Notes under the pieces: model-generated
Databases searched by the model: none
What the model saw: the letters and a program-made list of their open reading frames with translations, nothing else
What the model was told of the DNA's origin: nothing
Origin: Acanthaster planci
Taxonomy: Eukaryota
Reading direction: 5' to 3'
Length of the DNA: 64,000 nucleotides
Assembly: GCF_001949145.1 (NCBI RefSeq)
Contig: NW_019091355.1
Span: 3,144,646 to 3,208,645 of the forward strand
Part shown: positions 53,280-64,000 of the stretch, one piece after another
Layout of the letters: each line of letters opens with the position of its first letter
How positions within the stretch are numbered: the stretch's first letter is position 1
Program-made: the position numbers and the translations under genes

Positions 53280-53470
53280 TTTGTTTCATATGCAAATTGC
53301 CCTGGAAACTTTAATATGAATATTCATTTCCCGCGGGCGCCCTCCATTGTTTATAGCGCCCTCTTTTTATTGTTACGTCGATTAATAAGGTCAATCGAGA
53401 ACAAAGCAGGCGTGGAAGTGGGTGCGGCCGGCGCCGCGCGCGTCAACAAGGCGGGCCTCGTGCGCGCGTA
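53280..53470 (-). promoter_or_regulatory. Probable TMEM145 promoter/5' region with POU motifs
   Basis: CpG-rich stretch just upstream of the TMEM145 ATG. Octamer ATGCAAAT at 53290-53297 and palindrome ATGAATATTCAT at 53316-53327. Confidence 0.5.
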
Positions 53471-54136
53471 TTGCTTTTCCCGAATGAACTCACACGCACT
53501 TCTTTTTGGGCATGTGCTGTTGGAATACCAAATTATGTCCTTGTCCATGCTTGGAAACATGCATACATGTACGTGCTTCTGTCCTGTTCTGGTCGTAATA
53601 ATGCAAAACCTTTTTTTTCTTCTCGAAAAGTCTTTTCAACAATAAAAGGAGTTTATGTTGCGTACGTTCACAAAACACTTCAGAAAATTGAAACAATAAC
53701 CCATCATCTTCATTTTGTGTGAATTCACATTAATTTTTATTTGAACTGTACAAAGAACATACATTAAAGGTTATATACAAAATAATGGTTCATTAACTGA
53801 TCAAATTTAGTTGTCTCGTTTATATGACAGTAGCTCCAGGAAAATAATGTTTTTGTATGGTGAATTTCAGAATAACCATCTATTAGTAATTGGATTAAAG
53901 TCTGTACGACCCATAAAATTGGTTTACTCACGCCAACCTACCAAGTTGCAAATAAGGAATTAAACAGTCTCGGGGATGTGGGGTCAAACTTTAGTAGTGA
54001 AAGTACATGAGTAAGTGTACTTCGGTCGCTTTTATCACAGGTTAATCATTTTTTGTTGGTTTATTATTGTGGCGTACATTTGTGCTCCAAAGAGTGGGCA
54101 TTTCAAGTAGAGTCCGTCATTAGCCAGGGACACTTT

Positions 54137-54322
54137 CAGTAACATGAAATGGTTGAGAATACATGTATTGCCATTTCCCCTGGATGATATGCCAGTCCAT
54201 CACAGGCGACTCCCCAGCTAATGCTGATAACCATGACACTCCTGCAGAGAGGCAAGTTAGGGTAAAGTACCTTGCTCAAGGACACAGTATCTGGCCAGCC
54301 CGAGCAGCTGGACTTGAACCCC
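54137..54322 (-). mobile_element. tRNA-derived SINE fragment (CORE/V/Nin-like)
   Basis: The minus strand has a B-box-like GGTTCAAGTCC, the typical GTGTCCTTGAGCAAGGTACTTTACCC segment, and a CCTGTGATGGACTGGCAT..ATCCAGGGGA tail seen in deuterostome SINEs. Confidence 0.65.
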
Positions 54323-54769
54323 TTTACCTTTTTCTCTATACAACCAATGAGCAAAAATCCCCTGCGCATACATCGGTAAGGTCAAGCAAACAATAAATCT
54401 TGCTCCAGATGTGTCACAGAAATTTGGTACAGTACTAAACAGAATAAAGTTCCACACACCAGCTGGGACTTGATCTTTGATTGCCAAGTGTCACAGTTAG
54501 TAGAACCTCAGAAATATTTCCGAAATTACGGTACACCTTGGAACTTAGGATAAACATTTTGGCGGCAGTGCTACGAATATAGCAATTCTTCATTATTTCC
54601 TATAGAAGTCTTTAGACAGAAACTTTCGCCCTTATCTGATATTCCCCTGAAAAGGACCTTTTCAGTGGCATTTCTTGGCACAGCATTTTTATTCAGTGCT
54701 GTCCAGAATTTCTCTTGCACCATCCAAACTACAAAATCTTATGGTGACAGTTATGTCCAATGAACCGAT

Positions 54770-57367
54770 CTATGTCTTCCTCCTGGTGATGTGATCGTAG
54801 ATGACAACTTGAGTGTACTGTGGGCAGCTGAGGGGTGTCCGAGTGGAATTGTCCCCTGGAGTTGAAGCCTAGATAGGTTTGAAAGAAAAAAAAAATCAAA
54901 ATTATCAAAATCACATCTCAATATTAGAAACAATTGTGGCACACCACTGCAAAACCATACTGAAAATTCATAAATTATCATCTGGGCAAGATGATACCAA
55001 AATAAACCGGGACCATCCACATTCGACAATTTTCAATAGCCGTACCAAAGCTGTCTTACATGCAAACTCTGTCCTTCAAGATGACTTTGAAGTCTGAAAA
55101 CTAATAGTTGGGATAAGAGTAGTGTCCACTGTCAATGCTACCCACTTCGGGCCTGGTTTTGAAATGTTGGGTCATATTTTATTTTATCTCATTGTATCTT
55201 ATTACACTTTATACTGACAAAATATTATGAATAAATTTAGGTGGAATGAAAAAATAAGCAGTACAACATCTCACAGGTAGGTCCAACAGGCAGAAGGTAT
55301 GCTCATTCTAATAAAGTATACTCGGCATTCAAATGCCTGTTTGCATGCCTTTCTCAGTGACATATGAACTCACCTTAGGGTCGACAGTCAGTATCTTCCG
55401 ATCTCTCTTGTTCTTGAAGAGTAAACCGGAGGCATTCTCGGCAATGACCTGGTAGTTTGGCGTGGGGTTGGAAGTAGAGGTTTGGGTTTCCCAATTGTAG
55501 AAGCTGTTGTAACACCAAAAAAAAGGGCATCGTTCAGACTTCAATTACACAAAAATTCAAAAGTTGTCCCAGAGAACTGCTTAACTACTTGGCTCAATTT
55601 TTCCAACAAAATGGACTGCTGACATGTGTTCTGAAATTCTTTCAATATCAAAAGACAAAGGACAGGAGCATACTGCCCAAAATCATGTGTCCGCTAGTTC
55701 TTTTCAGAACTTTAGCCACTCGCTAAAGAGATTTTATGTGGCACTACCACAAACCTTTATTAGGCTACAATGTCTACCATGTAAAGCTTAATTAAATCAT
55801 ATCCAAACAGATTTTTTTTTTTTTACCTAAGGTCGGACGGTCTGGGCAGCAGCCTCTTGCGGCCGGAGAAGTAAGGCTCGAAGTCCTCCGTCTTGAGCCG
55901 GTGGGCGTAGTCGATGTAGCCGGAGATCTCCTGGCCCCGGGCGTTCTTGTCCCGGATGAAGATGATGGAGGTCATCTTGCCACTGCGGTTGGCCTCTTCC
56001 CGCTGAGCCAGTGCCTTCAGGAAGGGGTTGTTCAGCTCTTTCCCTGAACTTGCCAGTGCTCTGCAGAGGAAGAAGGGGTTTCGGACATGAAAACAGGGGG
56101 TCTTGATACTCTATGTACATTTGTCACCACATCCAACAAAACAAGTCACAATTTGCATGGGCAACTTTTGAGTTACTGGTAGACACCTTCAAAAGAATCT
56201 TGAACAACATCAATCGGCAGGAATCCTTAATGCTTTTTCACCAACAAAACTGCCCATTGTCACTATGATGACAAATCTGAGTGATACATCAAAATGAGAT
56301 TTCAGCTTGTCCCTTTTAAGTTTTCATTTAATGCAAACTTAAATAAAATTACTGAAACATGGCCTTAAGACTCATTTTGTGGGAGCAAGTCACATTTGCG
56401 AAATATTAACAAAACAAGGGCAGCAAAAAGGGACACTTAGCCTATGTGCAGTTTATCTTTAATGGGCAGAGTGCATCCATAAGAAGTATTTAATTGATAC
56501 GGTCATTTTGACTGACATGAATATGCATTAGTCCTGTGAAATCAATGTTTCCAAAATTTAAATCATGTTCTGAATTTGCTCATCAAAGACATTTTTTAAA
56601 TCAGTCACTCACTTTTGTTGGCTTCTCTTGGACAGTCTGCTGGCCTCTGCTGCCTGTTTTCTGGCCTCAAATTCCTCTCTCTTCAACACTTCACCACTGC
56701 CCCGGTAACCTAACTCAACAAGTTGTCTTGCAAGTTCCTCATCCTGTGAAATATCCAACAAGAAGCAATTCGATAGTTTATCAAGCATGTTACTGTACTA
56801 TCAGTCCTGTCACTGTTAGTAATTTGTTGATTACACTGTTACCCCACTGTTACTGTTTGATTAATGAAAGTTTGTTTTTTTAGACACCACTCTGATTAGC
56901 TTGGAATATTTTTCTGCAGCTGTGGTGTAGCTTTGAGCCTGCTACATTAGCCTAGTGCTAATGTAGCTTGTGCAAGAACACTCATACGTAGGGTGGTTAC
57001 AAAATAAGAACCAAAAAAAAAAAAAAAAAGACTTGCATGCTTTCGGCTCAGCTTATTTCCACAAAGAAATCAAGCACTGCACTGCAGTCAACTAAGAAGA
57101 CCAAGACAGGAAGGCAGTAGTAGCCAGAGCACAGGGGACAGTCAACAAGGCCAGTGGCCAGCTGGCAGATTCCAAAATCACTCGGACTCCCACAGTCCCG
57201 ACAGGCTGTACACATTTCTATCCTCAAACTTCAAAAGAACTGAACAAAATCTAAATCACCTCGAGGTACAACAGATCCAACGACGTAATTTGTGAGTCGA
57301 GAAATTCTTCATATGTGTTAAATTCAGTGACAATATTGTCACTGCCAGATGTGACTTCCTCTTCCAT
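54770..57367 (-). CDS. CFAP299: Cilia- and flagella-associated protein 299 (C4orf22, DUF4464); 233 aa
   Basis: 5 exons: 57367-57260 ([36 protein letters not shown]), 56743-56613 ([29 protein letters not shown]), 56060-55827 ([57 protein letters not shown]), 55503-55374 ([22 protein letters not shown]), 54868-54770 ([22 protein letters not shown]). The total is 702 nt with all GT-AG junctions and hallmark family motifs throughout. Confidence 0.96.
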
Positions 57368-57752
57368 GACGAAAACTGCGGTGGGACTTTGTGTAAGCCG
57401 GTACTTTTGCCAGCAAGGAATAACCAAATAAAGCGGTCCGCACACTGCACGCTAGACAACCACCACAACATTGCAAAATAAACTTTGACCCCGATAGTCC
57501 TTAGCAACCGCGAGTCAACACATTGGTCTGTCTCCTGACCAGAGGGAACGCTATATTGTGTAGCATTTCGTTCAGCCATCAGACTCCAGTATCAAATGCA
57601 TAGCAACGTGGATTTACCATAGCGCCCTCATCGATCAATTAAGCGGCATCAATTTGTACGGTACGCGGTACGGAGAGACAGCGTTGCCGAATTAAAAACT
57701 TTGTTGATGCGGGGTTTGGACTTGGAGAAATTTTCGAATTGTTACAAACGAC
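57368..57752. promoter_or_regulatory. Bidirectional promoter region between CFAP299 (-) and the coiled-coil gene (+), with RFX X-box-like sites
   Basis: The genes are head-to-head within about 400 bp. X-box-like motifs GTCCTTAGCAAC (57497-57508) and TGCATAGCAAC (57597-57607); CpG-rich relative to the flanks. Confidence 0.65.
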
Positions 57753-58246
57753 GTAAGTAAACGTAAAGTATAAATGTGTTAGCCTGACGTTTTGTTTAGT
57801 ATACCTACCGTTCTATTATGTTCATTCAATCGAGTTGATTTATAGGCTAGCTGACAGTCTAACTAAACGTTAGACAGGAACTAAAGTCTGAACAACTCCG
57901 TTAGTCTTGTGCGAACCTATGATTGATTGATGAAGGCTACTGTACCGAGTACTGTCACTATAGCATGACTAGTACTAGTACTAGGCCTACTGCTCAATAG
58001 CAAGTAGGCCGTTGCCGCCTTTTCATTTTTATTCACTTGTTAAGTTCCAGAGTCTTATTCCTTTACCTTGCATTTAATAGGCTTGCTTGTCTAGTTTAAT
58101 AACTTTTGTAACTCACCCAATGTTAATCGATACAATTCACAAAGGTGATGTTTGAACTCGCACAAACGACGTTCAAACTCACAAACAGGACGGTCAAACA
58201 TGCACACACGGTTTGGAGTCAACACGACGTTCAAACATGCACTGAC

Positions 58247-59095
58247 GGTTTCGAGTCAACTCAGACCCAAACCAACTCGGACCCATGCCATCTTGGACCC
58301 AATACCAACTCAGACTCGCGCCAACTCGGACCCGCTCCGAGTCAACATTCAGTTTGTGCGTGATTAATTATCAGCGTGTTCTAAATGACACTTTTTGCCT
58401 CTGTTTTTTTCAACCTTTCATTATCTTATTCAACTTAAGAAAATCTTAAGTTTAAGATTTTATTTGTCCATATCCTACTTAAGTCAACGGATGCCGAATG
58501 TACTTGCCACCTTTTGTGAGTCAGTGCCATGCCACGTGTGTGGATTAAATCCCTGTGCATTGGTACATGCAGCGCCGTGTATAGTTCGAATGATTGACAG
58601 ATCCTATAGCTTTTTAGGAAACTTTCAGACATTAACCATACCAACAAATGTCAGAGGTAATTAGAGCACTGTCTTCTGATGCCTGATAGGCAATGAAGTT
58701 TGATTTCCACTGAAATGTGAAAATGCTTTACTGAAATCAGACATTAGATTGATTATAAATGGTATGGTACAGTATAAGAAACAGGAAGTGAATGATTACA
58801 GTTTGATGAAAGTTTTACATGTAAATGATTATCTAGTGTATTGCTGAAAAGAATTGAAGTTGGCAGAAATCGTCTTGGTTGCAAACCGGAACATCTATAG
58901 AAGGAAGCATATTTTGGGATCCATGCCGAAAGCCTCGCTGCTGGGGCTGTCGGGCTTTGCGCATTTCATTAATTATCACAAAGTTGCAGAAATAGTGTAA
59001 GGCTCGGTGGGTCTAAGTTGGTTGTTGGTCCGAATTGGTTTCAGGTCTGAGTTGGCATGGGTCAGAGTTGGTTTTGGTCCGAGTTGACCTGATCC
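58247..59095. mobile_element. Foldback-type element with modular TIRs in intron 1 of the coiled-coil gene
   Basis: The left arm (58247-58345) and right arm (59003-59095) are inverted copies, each built from about 6 tandem 15-16-bp units with core CCAACTCGGACC. Confidence 0.75.
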
Positions 59096-59359
59096 CACAC
59101 ACACCATGTTGGAACTTACGTTTTCCTGTCCGCCTTAGACCACCATATGAAATAACCATCTTTTCATGCTTGTCTGTGACTTAATTTGCATTTGTTTTTC
59201 TCTCCCTCAGCCCGTGACTGATGACTTGAATTCTTGGGATAGCTGCATAAATACATGATCTACCCATCCATCCACATTGCCAAAAATCTTCACTGAAGTT
59301 GCACTGAAGAGTGTTAGCTAAACCTGGCACGTGAAAACCCTTGTAAGTGCTAAACTGGC

Positions 59360-62300
59360 ATGAGAACTATGTCGAGCGGCAAGCTAGCCATGCCCTTTGA
59401 CGCTGGTCAGAAAGTGAAGTCACGCTACGAGACCCTGGCCTCCTTTAACAGCGATGAAGGGGAGGAGGCCAAGGAATACGCCGCCTTCCTCAGGTAAATG
59501 TCCTAGAAATCTCGACCACTTGTTGTTTGCAAATGTGTAGACCCACAAATATTGTTGGACCGTTTCCTTAGACCTGTGTAAACAGTTTCTGGCGATTTCT
59601 TATGGTAGTAATGGGTTTAGGCGTCACCTGCTCTTGCACCACTTGTTAGTTTTGTACATGATTGGCAAGTCTGACTAGTCTTTGGAAACCACGGCCAGTC
59701 ATCCTAGGAAATACTGCCCAGTGGCTTTGCCATAGAGTGTAGAAAAGACAATGGACGATACAGCAAGCAATTTCACACTATTTTTGTACGAGTGACTCTC
59801 AAGAATTATTCTTTGTTGTGTCCCACTAAGTTATCAATCGTGGTTGTCATATCTTGTTATTTTAAAAAGTCCAGATTTTAGGCAAAAATAATAAACACAC
59901 CTTGAGTTGTATTGTCATAAGATGTTACTGCCCACAAATGGTTAATACGTGTATGAACAAATTAAACGTTATGGCAACAGGACTTGGATCCCAGACATGA
60001 GGACGAGCATTACGGTGCTTTATTCCAGAACTGCTCTCACGATGGCTAAGATGGCCACTTGTCTATTGTATCAGCACGCAAGCAGCCAACAGCCAGCCTT
60101 CTTCGGTATGATTGTTTTTTTGCAATGATTTCGTTTAAATTTCCCCAACTCTGACGGATTTTCTCGGCAGGGAGCAGGAGAGGAAGTGCGGCCCTGAGGG
60201 CTTCTTGGACTCCAAGAAGTACACCCACTCCTTCCAGGTCCGTGGGAAGGTCTTGGAGACCAAGAGCAACAAGCCCAAGAAGCCTGACGACGAAGAGCAG
60301 CCCAAGCCAACTCAGGTAACCGCATGCGGCAAGAGCATCTCTGGTTTTCAAGCCACGAGGCCGGTTTTGCAACATTTAAGATCCATTTTCATCTCGAGAT
60401 TTTACTTGCTCCTGTGTGCCAAGATGTACTCTGTATCGGGGAGATGTCAATTTTAATAACACCTCTTGCCTTGACACCGGTTTGCATTTGCAAACACCGC
60501 GTGCTCGGTGCTTGTCCAAGAGCTGAAAAATTCACAAGCTTACTCAGGTGGGACTCGAACCCGTGACCTCCCGCTTACTAGTGCAGACGTCTTGATAACC
60601 ACTCGACCACTGAGCTTGCTCCTGTACTTGTATCAGAGTTCTGAAGATGAAATTCTGTGATTTGGTTTATCACTTGTAACCTGGAAGACAAGACGATAAT
60701 GAGTGTAATGCTATGGAGTACGTGTATCTAGTGGGATCTTGCAATTAACGTATGTGCCCCAGTGAAAAATTGGGTATGTTGCATTTTTTTGCATACTGTT
60801 GTCAAACAAATCCAAAATTATTGTAAGCATAAATATCAGCTTTTATGCCTCCAAATGATGATGTTTTTCTTATGACCTGTGTTTTTCGGATAGGTGGGAT
60901 TGTTAGGAGTTAGCACCAGCACTGGCAGGAAACCAGGTCAGGAGAGATCAAAAATGGACACAGTGGTGGATCTGCTAAACAGAGTAGAAAAGGACAAAGA
61001 GGACTACGAAAAACGCATGAAAATCATTGAGGTAAGGACGGGCTGTATTTTACAGGGGAACCACTGAATTTCTTTGGGTGGTTGTTTTCAAACCAACACC
61101 TGTCGCCCATTTCTCAGTGTTGTCCCAATCAAGTTTGGTTTGAAGAAAATTCTTCTAATGCTACTGTAGAGTGATGCTGTTGTCACCATATTACAACAGT
61201 TTATGACGCTGTTGCAGAAGTGAAGAACTCAAAGAAACTATAAAACTCCTCGTTATTGGTTAGGCTCAAGCTTGATCAGCATCGCAGTCCCCTGCAAAGT
61301 TGAAAAACACTACCTCTTGCACGGTAGTCTTAAATATAAGATTAAACTTTTTTTATCCGGGGAGAGGGGGGATAATATGCACTCCTTTCAATCTTCTCTG
61401 GACTTCTACCGACCCAGGACCACATGTGGCAACACAAGCAAGAGGAGAGGGAGCTGAAGAGATCTGAGGGGGACATCATCAAGAGCCAGCACATGCTCCG
61501 CAGGACCATGAAGGATTTTGAGCTCGGTAAGGGCCCGTTTCACCATCTCAGCTTTCCCGGGCTTGTTTTGCAAGCCCACTGTGTACCTGAGAACAAAATA
61601 TGTCCGCACGAAGGAGCTTTTGCACACCTTGTGTGGACTAAGCCGGGTCCACACAAGGCTTTTACCTCTCTGAGGAACAGGTTTAGGGGCATTTTAGGGG
61701 TCAGAGTTATCTTGTGAAAAATTACGAGGAGTGGTCGTGGAAACTATCAACAAACATCTGACTTAAAAGAGAATTTAATGTTTCAAACATAGATATTTTC
61801 TTTACTCAAAAGCAAAGAAATGTCCACACGAGGTGCGTAACGTAAGCATATCATGCTTTCAAATCACAGAAATTTTCACCAAGCAGTTGTCTGTAAACAA
61901 ATATTTCACTGTAATACGAAAGGGCAAACCATTTGTTCACGGATCACGGAAAAACTTGGTGATTTCAGACAGAAAAAAAAACAAATTCTGTGAATATTTC
62001 TCGTCTTTTGTTTACCTGATTGCAGCCATAAATCGTAAGAAGCAAGCAGAAGCCAAGAAGATACTGGAGAACAAACAGAAAGAGTTCCTCATCACAAACG
62101 ACCACATCCACAAGAAGGAGAATGTACGTCTCAGTCTTTCTTTTTTGTCAATCTGAAGGAACAACAGATTAGAATCGAATTGTGCACTTAGCCCTTACCC
62201 CCTAGGGTGTAAGTAAAATCATATTGAAATTGGAGGATTTGGGGCTGTTAGGGCTTTTATGCCCTTGTAAGGTACATTTATTTTACCTTTGAGCTTCTAA

Positions 62301-62904
62301 AGAAATGTTAACAAACCGATTGCTTTGAGTTTTGACCTCTTTTCATTTTTTTTTGTGGTTTTTCATCCACAGCTTACCAAGGACAGAATTGAGAAGGCCA
62401 TAAACAAAGATCAACAGATCAAGGATGAAGACCGAAAATCATTTCTTACAATGTAAGACAATCAACAAGGTCCTCATGTATGCTGTGTCGTCTCAGAGAC
62501 AAGCTCAACATGCTTAGTATTCCTCAAGTGTGTAGAACTTTTTAACTTGGATAGATCTGGCTAATCCTGTAATTATATTTTCATTAACCACTTGCAAAGT
62601 GTATTAGCTTGGCTCAAATGACAAGATGCAACACAGACCAAATTAATGAAATGTGTTGTTGTGAGCTTTGTTCTGTTCCGTTGTTTCCAAACAAAAGTGG
62701 AGACCTGGAGAGGAAGTACCGAGCCAAGATTGCCGAGATCGAGCTGCGGCGGGCCGAGGTGCAGAAGCTGAGCGAGGAGTTCACCGACCGCATGAAGACC
62801 AAGGAGGAGGAGACCTTTGCCCTGAACAAGGAACTGGCGGAGATTGCCCTGACCATCAACATGGAGGCCCAGAAGCAGCGCAAGACGGCCGTCGACACCA
62901 GCAA
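59360..62904 (+). CDS. Uncharacterised charged coiled-coil protein, 5' portion (probably continues beyond the window)
   Basis: In-frame exons with canonical junctions: 59360-59493 (MRTMSSGKLAMPFDAGQKVKSRYETLASF..; in-frame TAA just upstream at 59351; exon acceptor at 59210), 60171-60315, 60894-61031, 61418-61526 (DHMWQHKQEERELKRSEGDIIKSQHMLRRTMKDFEL), 62026-62123, 62373-62452, 62698-62904 (GDLERKYRAKIAEIELRRAEVQKLSEEF..). The sequence is E/K/R-rich and heptad-like. A probable non-coding first exon ends at donor AC|GTAAGT 57752. I do not recognise the family. Confidence 0.82.
60470..60618 (-). mobile_element. tRNA-derived SINE
   Basis: On the minus strand: A-box TGGTCGAGTGG and B-box GGTTCGAGTCC, followed by a non-tRNA body. 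No clean cloverleaf. Confidence 0.7.
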
Positions 62905-63242
62905 GTCAGTTGGAAGGGGCCCGGTGCACGTCCCAATGGCTTGGCTGCGGCTCGAATTAACACTTGCGTCTGTGGAAACGGCTCACCGGCCACTGTGGCC
63001 ATCCTCCATAGACTTGTGTGTTATTTCTCAGCCGCTGCCAAGAAATTTGGGCAAGACCTTTCGTTGCCTGTGCCTTTGTCATTCCCGTGTCATGGATTCA
63101 CCTAATTTATCACTGTCCCCCCCACAACTTTAGATTTTTTTGGTGCAATAAGGAGCTGTGTTTTGTCAGAGGAAATGGAACTGTACACGATTGACCCAAA
63201 GATGGAATGAGATTCATTTTAATTTGGACGTTACCATACCAT

Positions 63243-63566
63243 GAGGGACTAAGTCTCTTCTAAGCAGTTCCGAAACAACTTATTAAATGGCTAAGCACGA
63301 ATTGATAAAAGGGTTTGATTGGGCACTTAAGATGTATATTACATAAGGATTTCATAAGAGACTAAATCTCTTATACCTCCATACCAGGAGGTACAATGGT
63401 CCTATATCAAAGTGTGACGTCATTTTAAACCAGGAAGTGTCGTGCAAATGAATGGAGCATGTGCGCTTGTGGGTCCATGCACTGGTTCTCGCGCTAATGC
63501 CTTTTACCCACATAATATGCGCGTGACATATTCACCTCGGTATTCTATAAGAGACTAGGTCTCTTA
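63243..63566. repeat. Three copies of a short palindromic motif AAGAGACTAnnTCTCTT, probably a MITE remnant
   Basis: Copies at 63243-63259, 63354-63374 and 63547-63566. Confidence 0.55.
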
Positions 63567-64000
63567 CAGGAGTTCAGGGACAGAGACATGGAGATGAAGC
63601 CACGATTCAGCAACTCCTTCCTTCCCCCAACAGAGCAGACAGTCCAATGATGTTCAAGACCTGGCTCAGTTTAGTTGACAGTTTGAAACTGACCTTTAAA
63701 TGGATGAAATGATCGTTAGCTTCTCCATTTATATACTTAAGCCCGTTAATAAGGAGATAAATTGAAATTAAGCATGTAACTTTGAGGTGTACCTCCAGGT
63801 TTTAGCAGATTTTTAGGATATTCAGGGTGGAACCTCACGTTACTGCCTGTTAATTGCATTCTCCCTGAGCCCGTCGGTCGATACAAATATCATTCCTGCA
63901 GGGAGGAAGCAGTTGACAGTTTAAAGTATTCCCTTTGGTTATGAAACAAGACTTATTCAAGAGTCAAAGACTGAGGTCAGCTTTTTTTTCCTTTCACCGT

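Noticed and set aside
58247..58345. CRISPR-like regularly spaced repeats
   Set aside because: The units are 15-16 bp with no unique spacers, are mirrored at 59003-59095, and sit in a eukaryotic intron with no cas genes.
60540..60618. tRNA gene
   Set aside because: A and B boxes are present but the stems and anticodon arm do not form a proper cloverleaf, so this is a SINE head. The same applies to more degraded B-box fragments near 36200 and 48360.
63570..63650. Possible next exon of the coiled-coil gene
   Set aside because: The acceptor overlaps a palindromic repeat. The frame required by the 62904 donor stops after 9 codons, and the better-looking frame has no matching donor.

Overview
Eukaryotic, intron-rich genomic DNA from an invertebrate deuterostome. 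An echinoderm such as a sea star is likely, but that is inferred only from repeat style and protein divergence. Hand-splicing on GT/GC-AG boundaries gives five protein-coding genes. (1) The 3' half of a Pax2/5/8 gene (+, 16698-21136); the paired box and octapeptide were not found and presumably lie upstream, so 1-16.7 kb would be one large intron rich in regulatory-looking sequence. (2) A complete 15-exon anthrax toxin receptor (ANTXR) homologue (+, 27410-38991, about 482 aa). (3) A complete 15-exon TMEM145 (-, 53139-44746, about 640 aa, one GC-AG intron). (4) A complete 5-exon CFAP299/C4orf22 (-, 57367-54770, 233 aa). (5) The 5' part of an unrecognised coiled-coil gene (+, from 59360) that shares an X-box-bearing bidirectional promoter with CFAP299. 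The window also holds several MITE families, tRNA-derived SINEs, microsatellites and a 166-N gap. Best leads: a well-spaced TATA+Inr promoter inside the Pax2/5/8 intron that could drive a paired-less isoform, modular Pax C-terminal splicing, a possible secreted ANTXR isoform, ancient ANTXR-CFAP299 microsynteny, and POU/RFX sites hinting at a ciliated sensory-cell neighbourhood. There are no prokaryotic features such as CRISPR arrays or operons.
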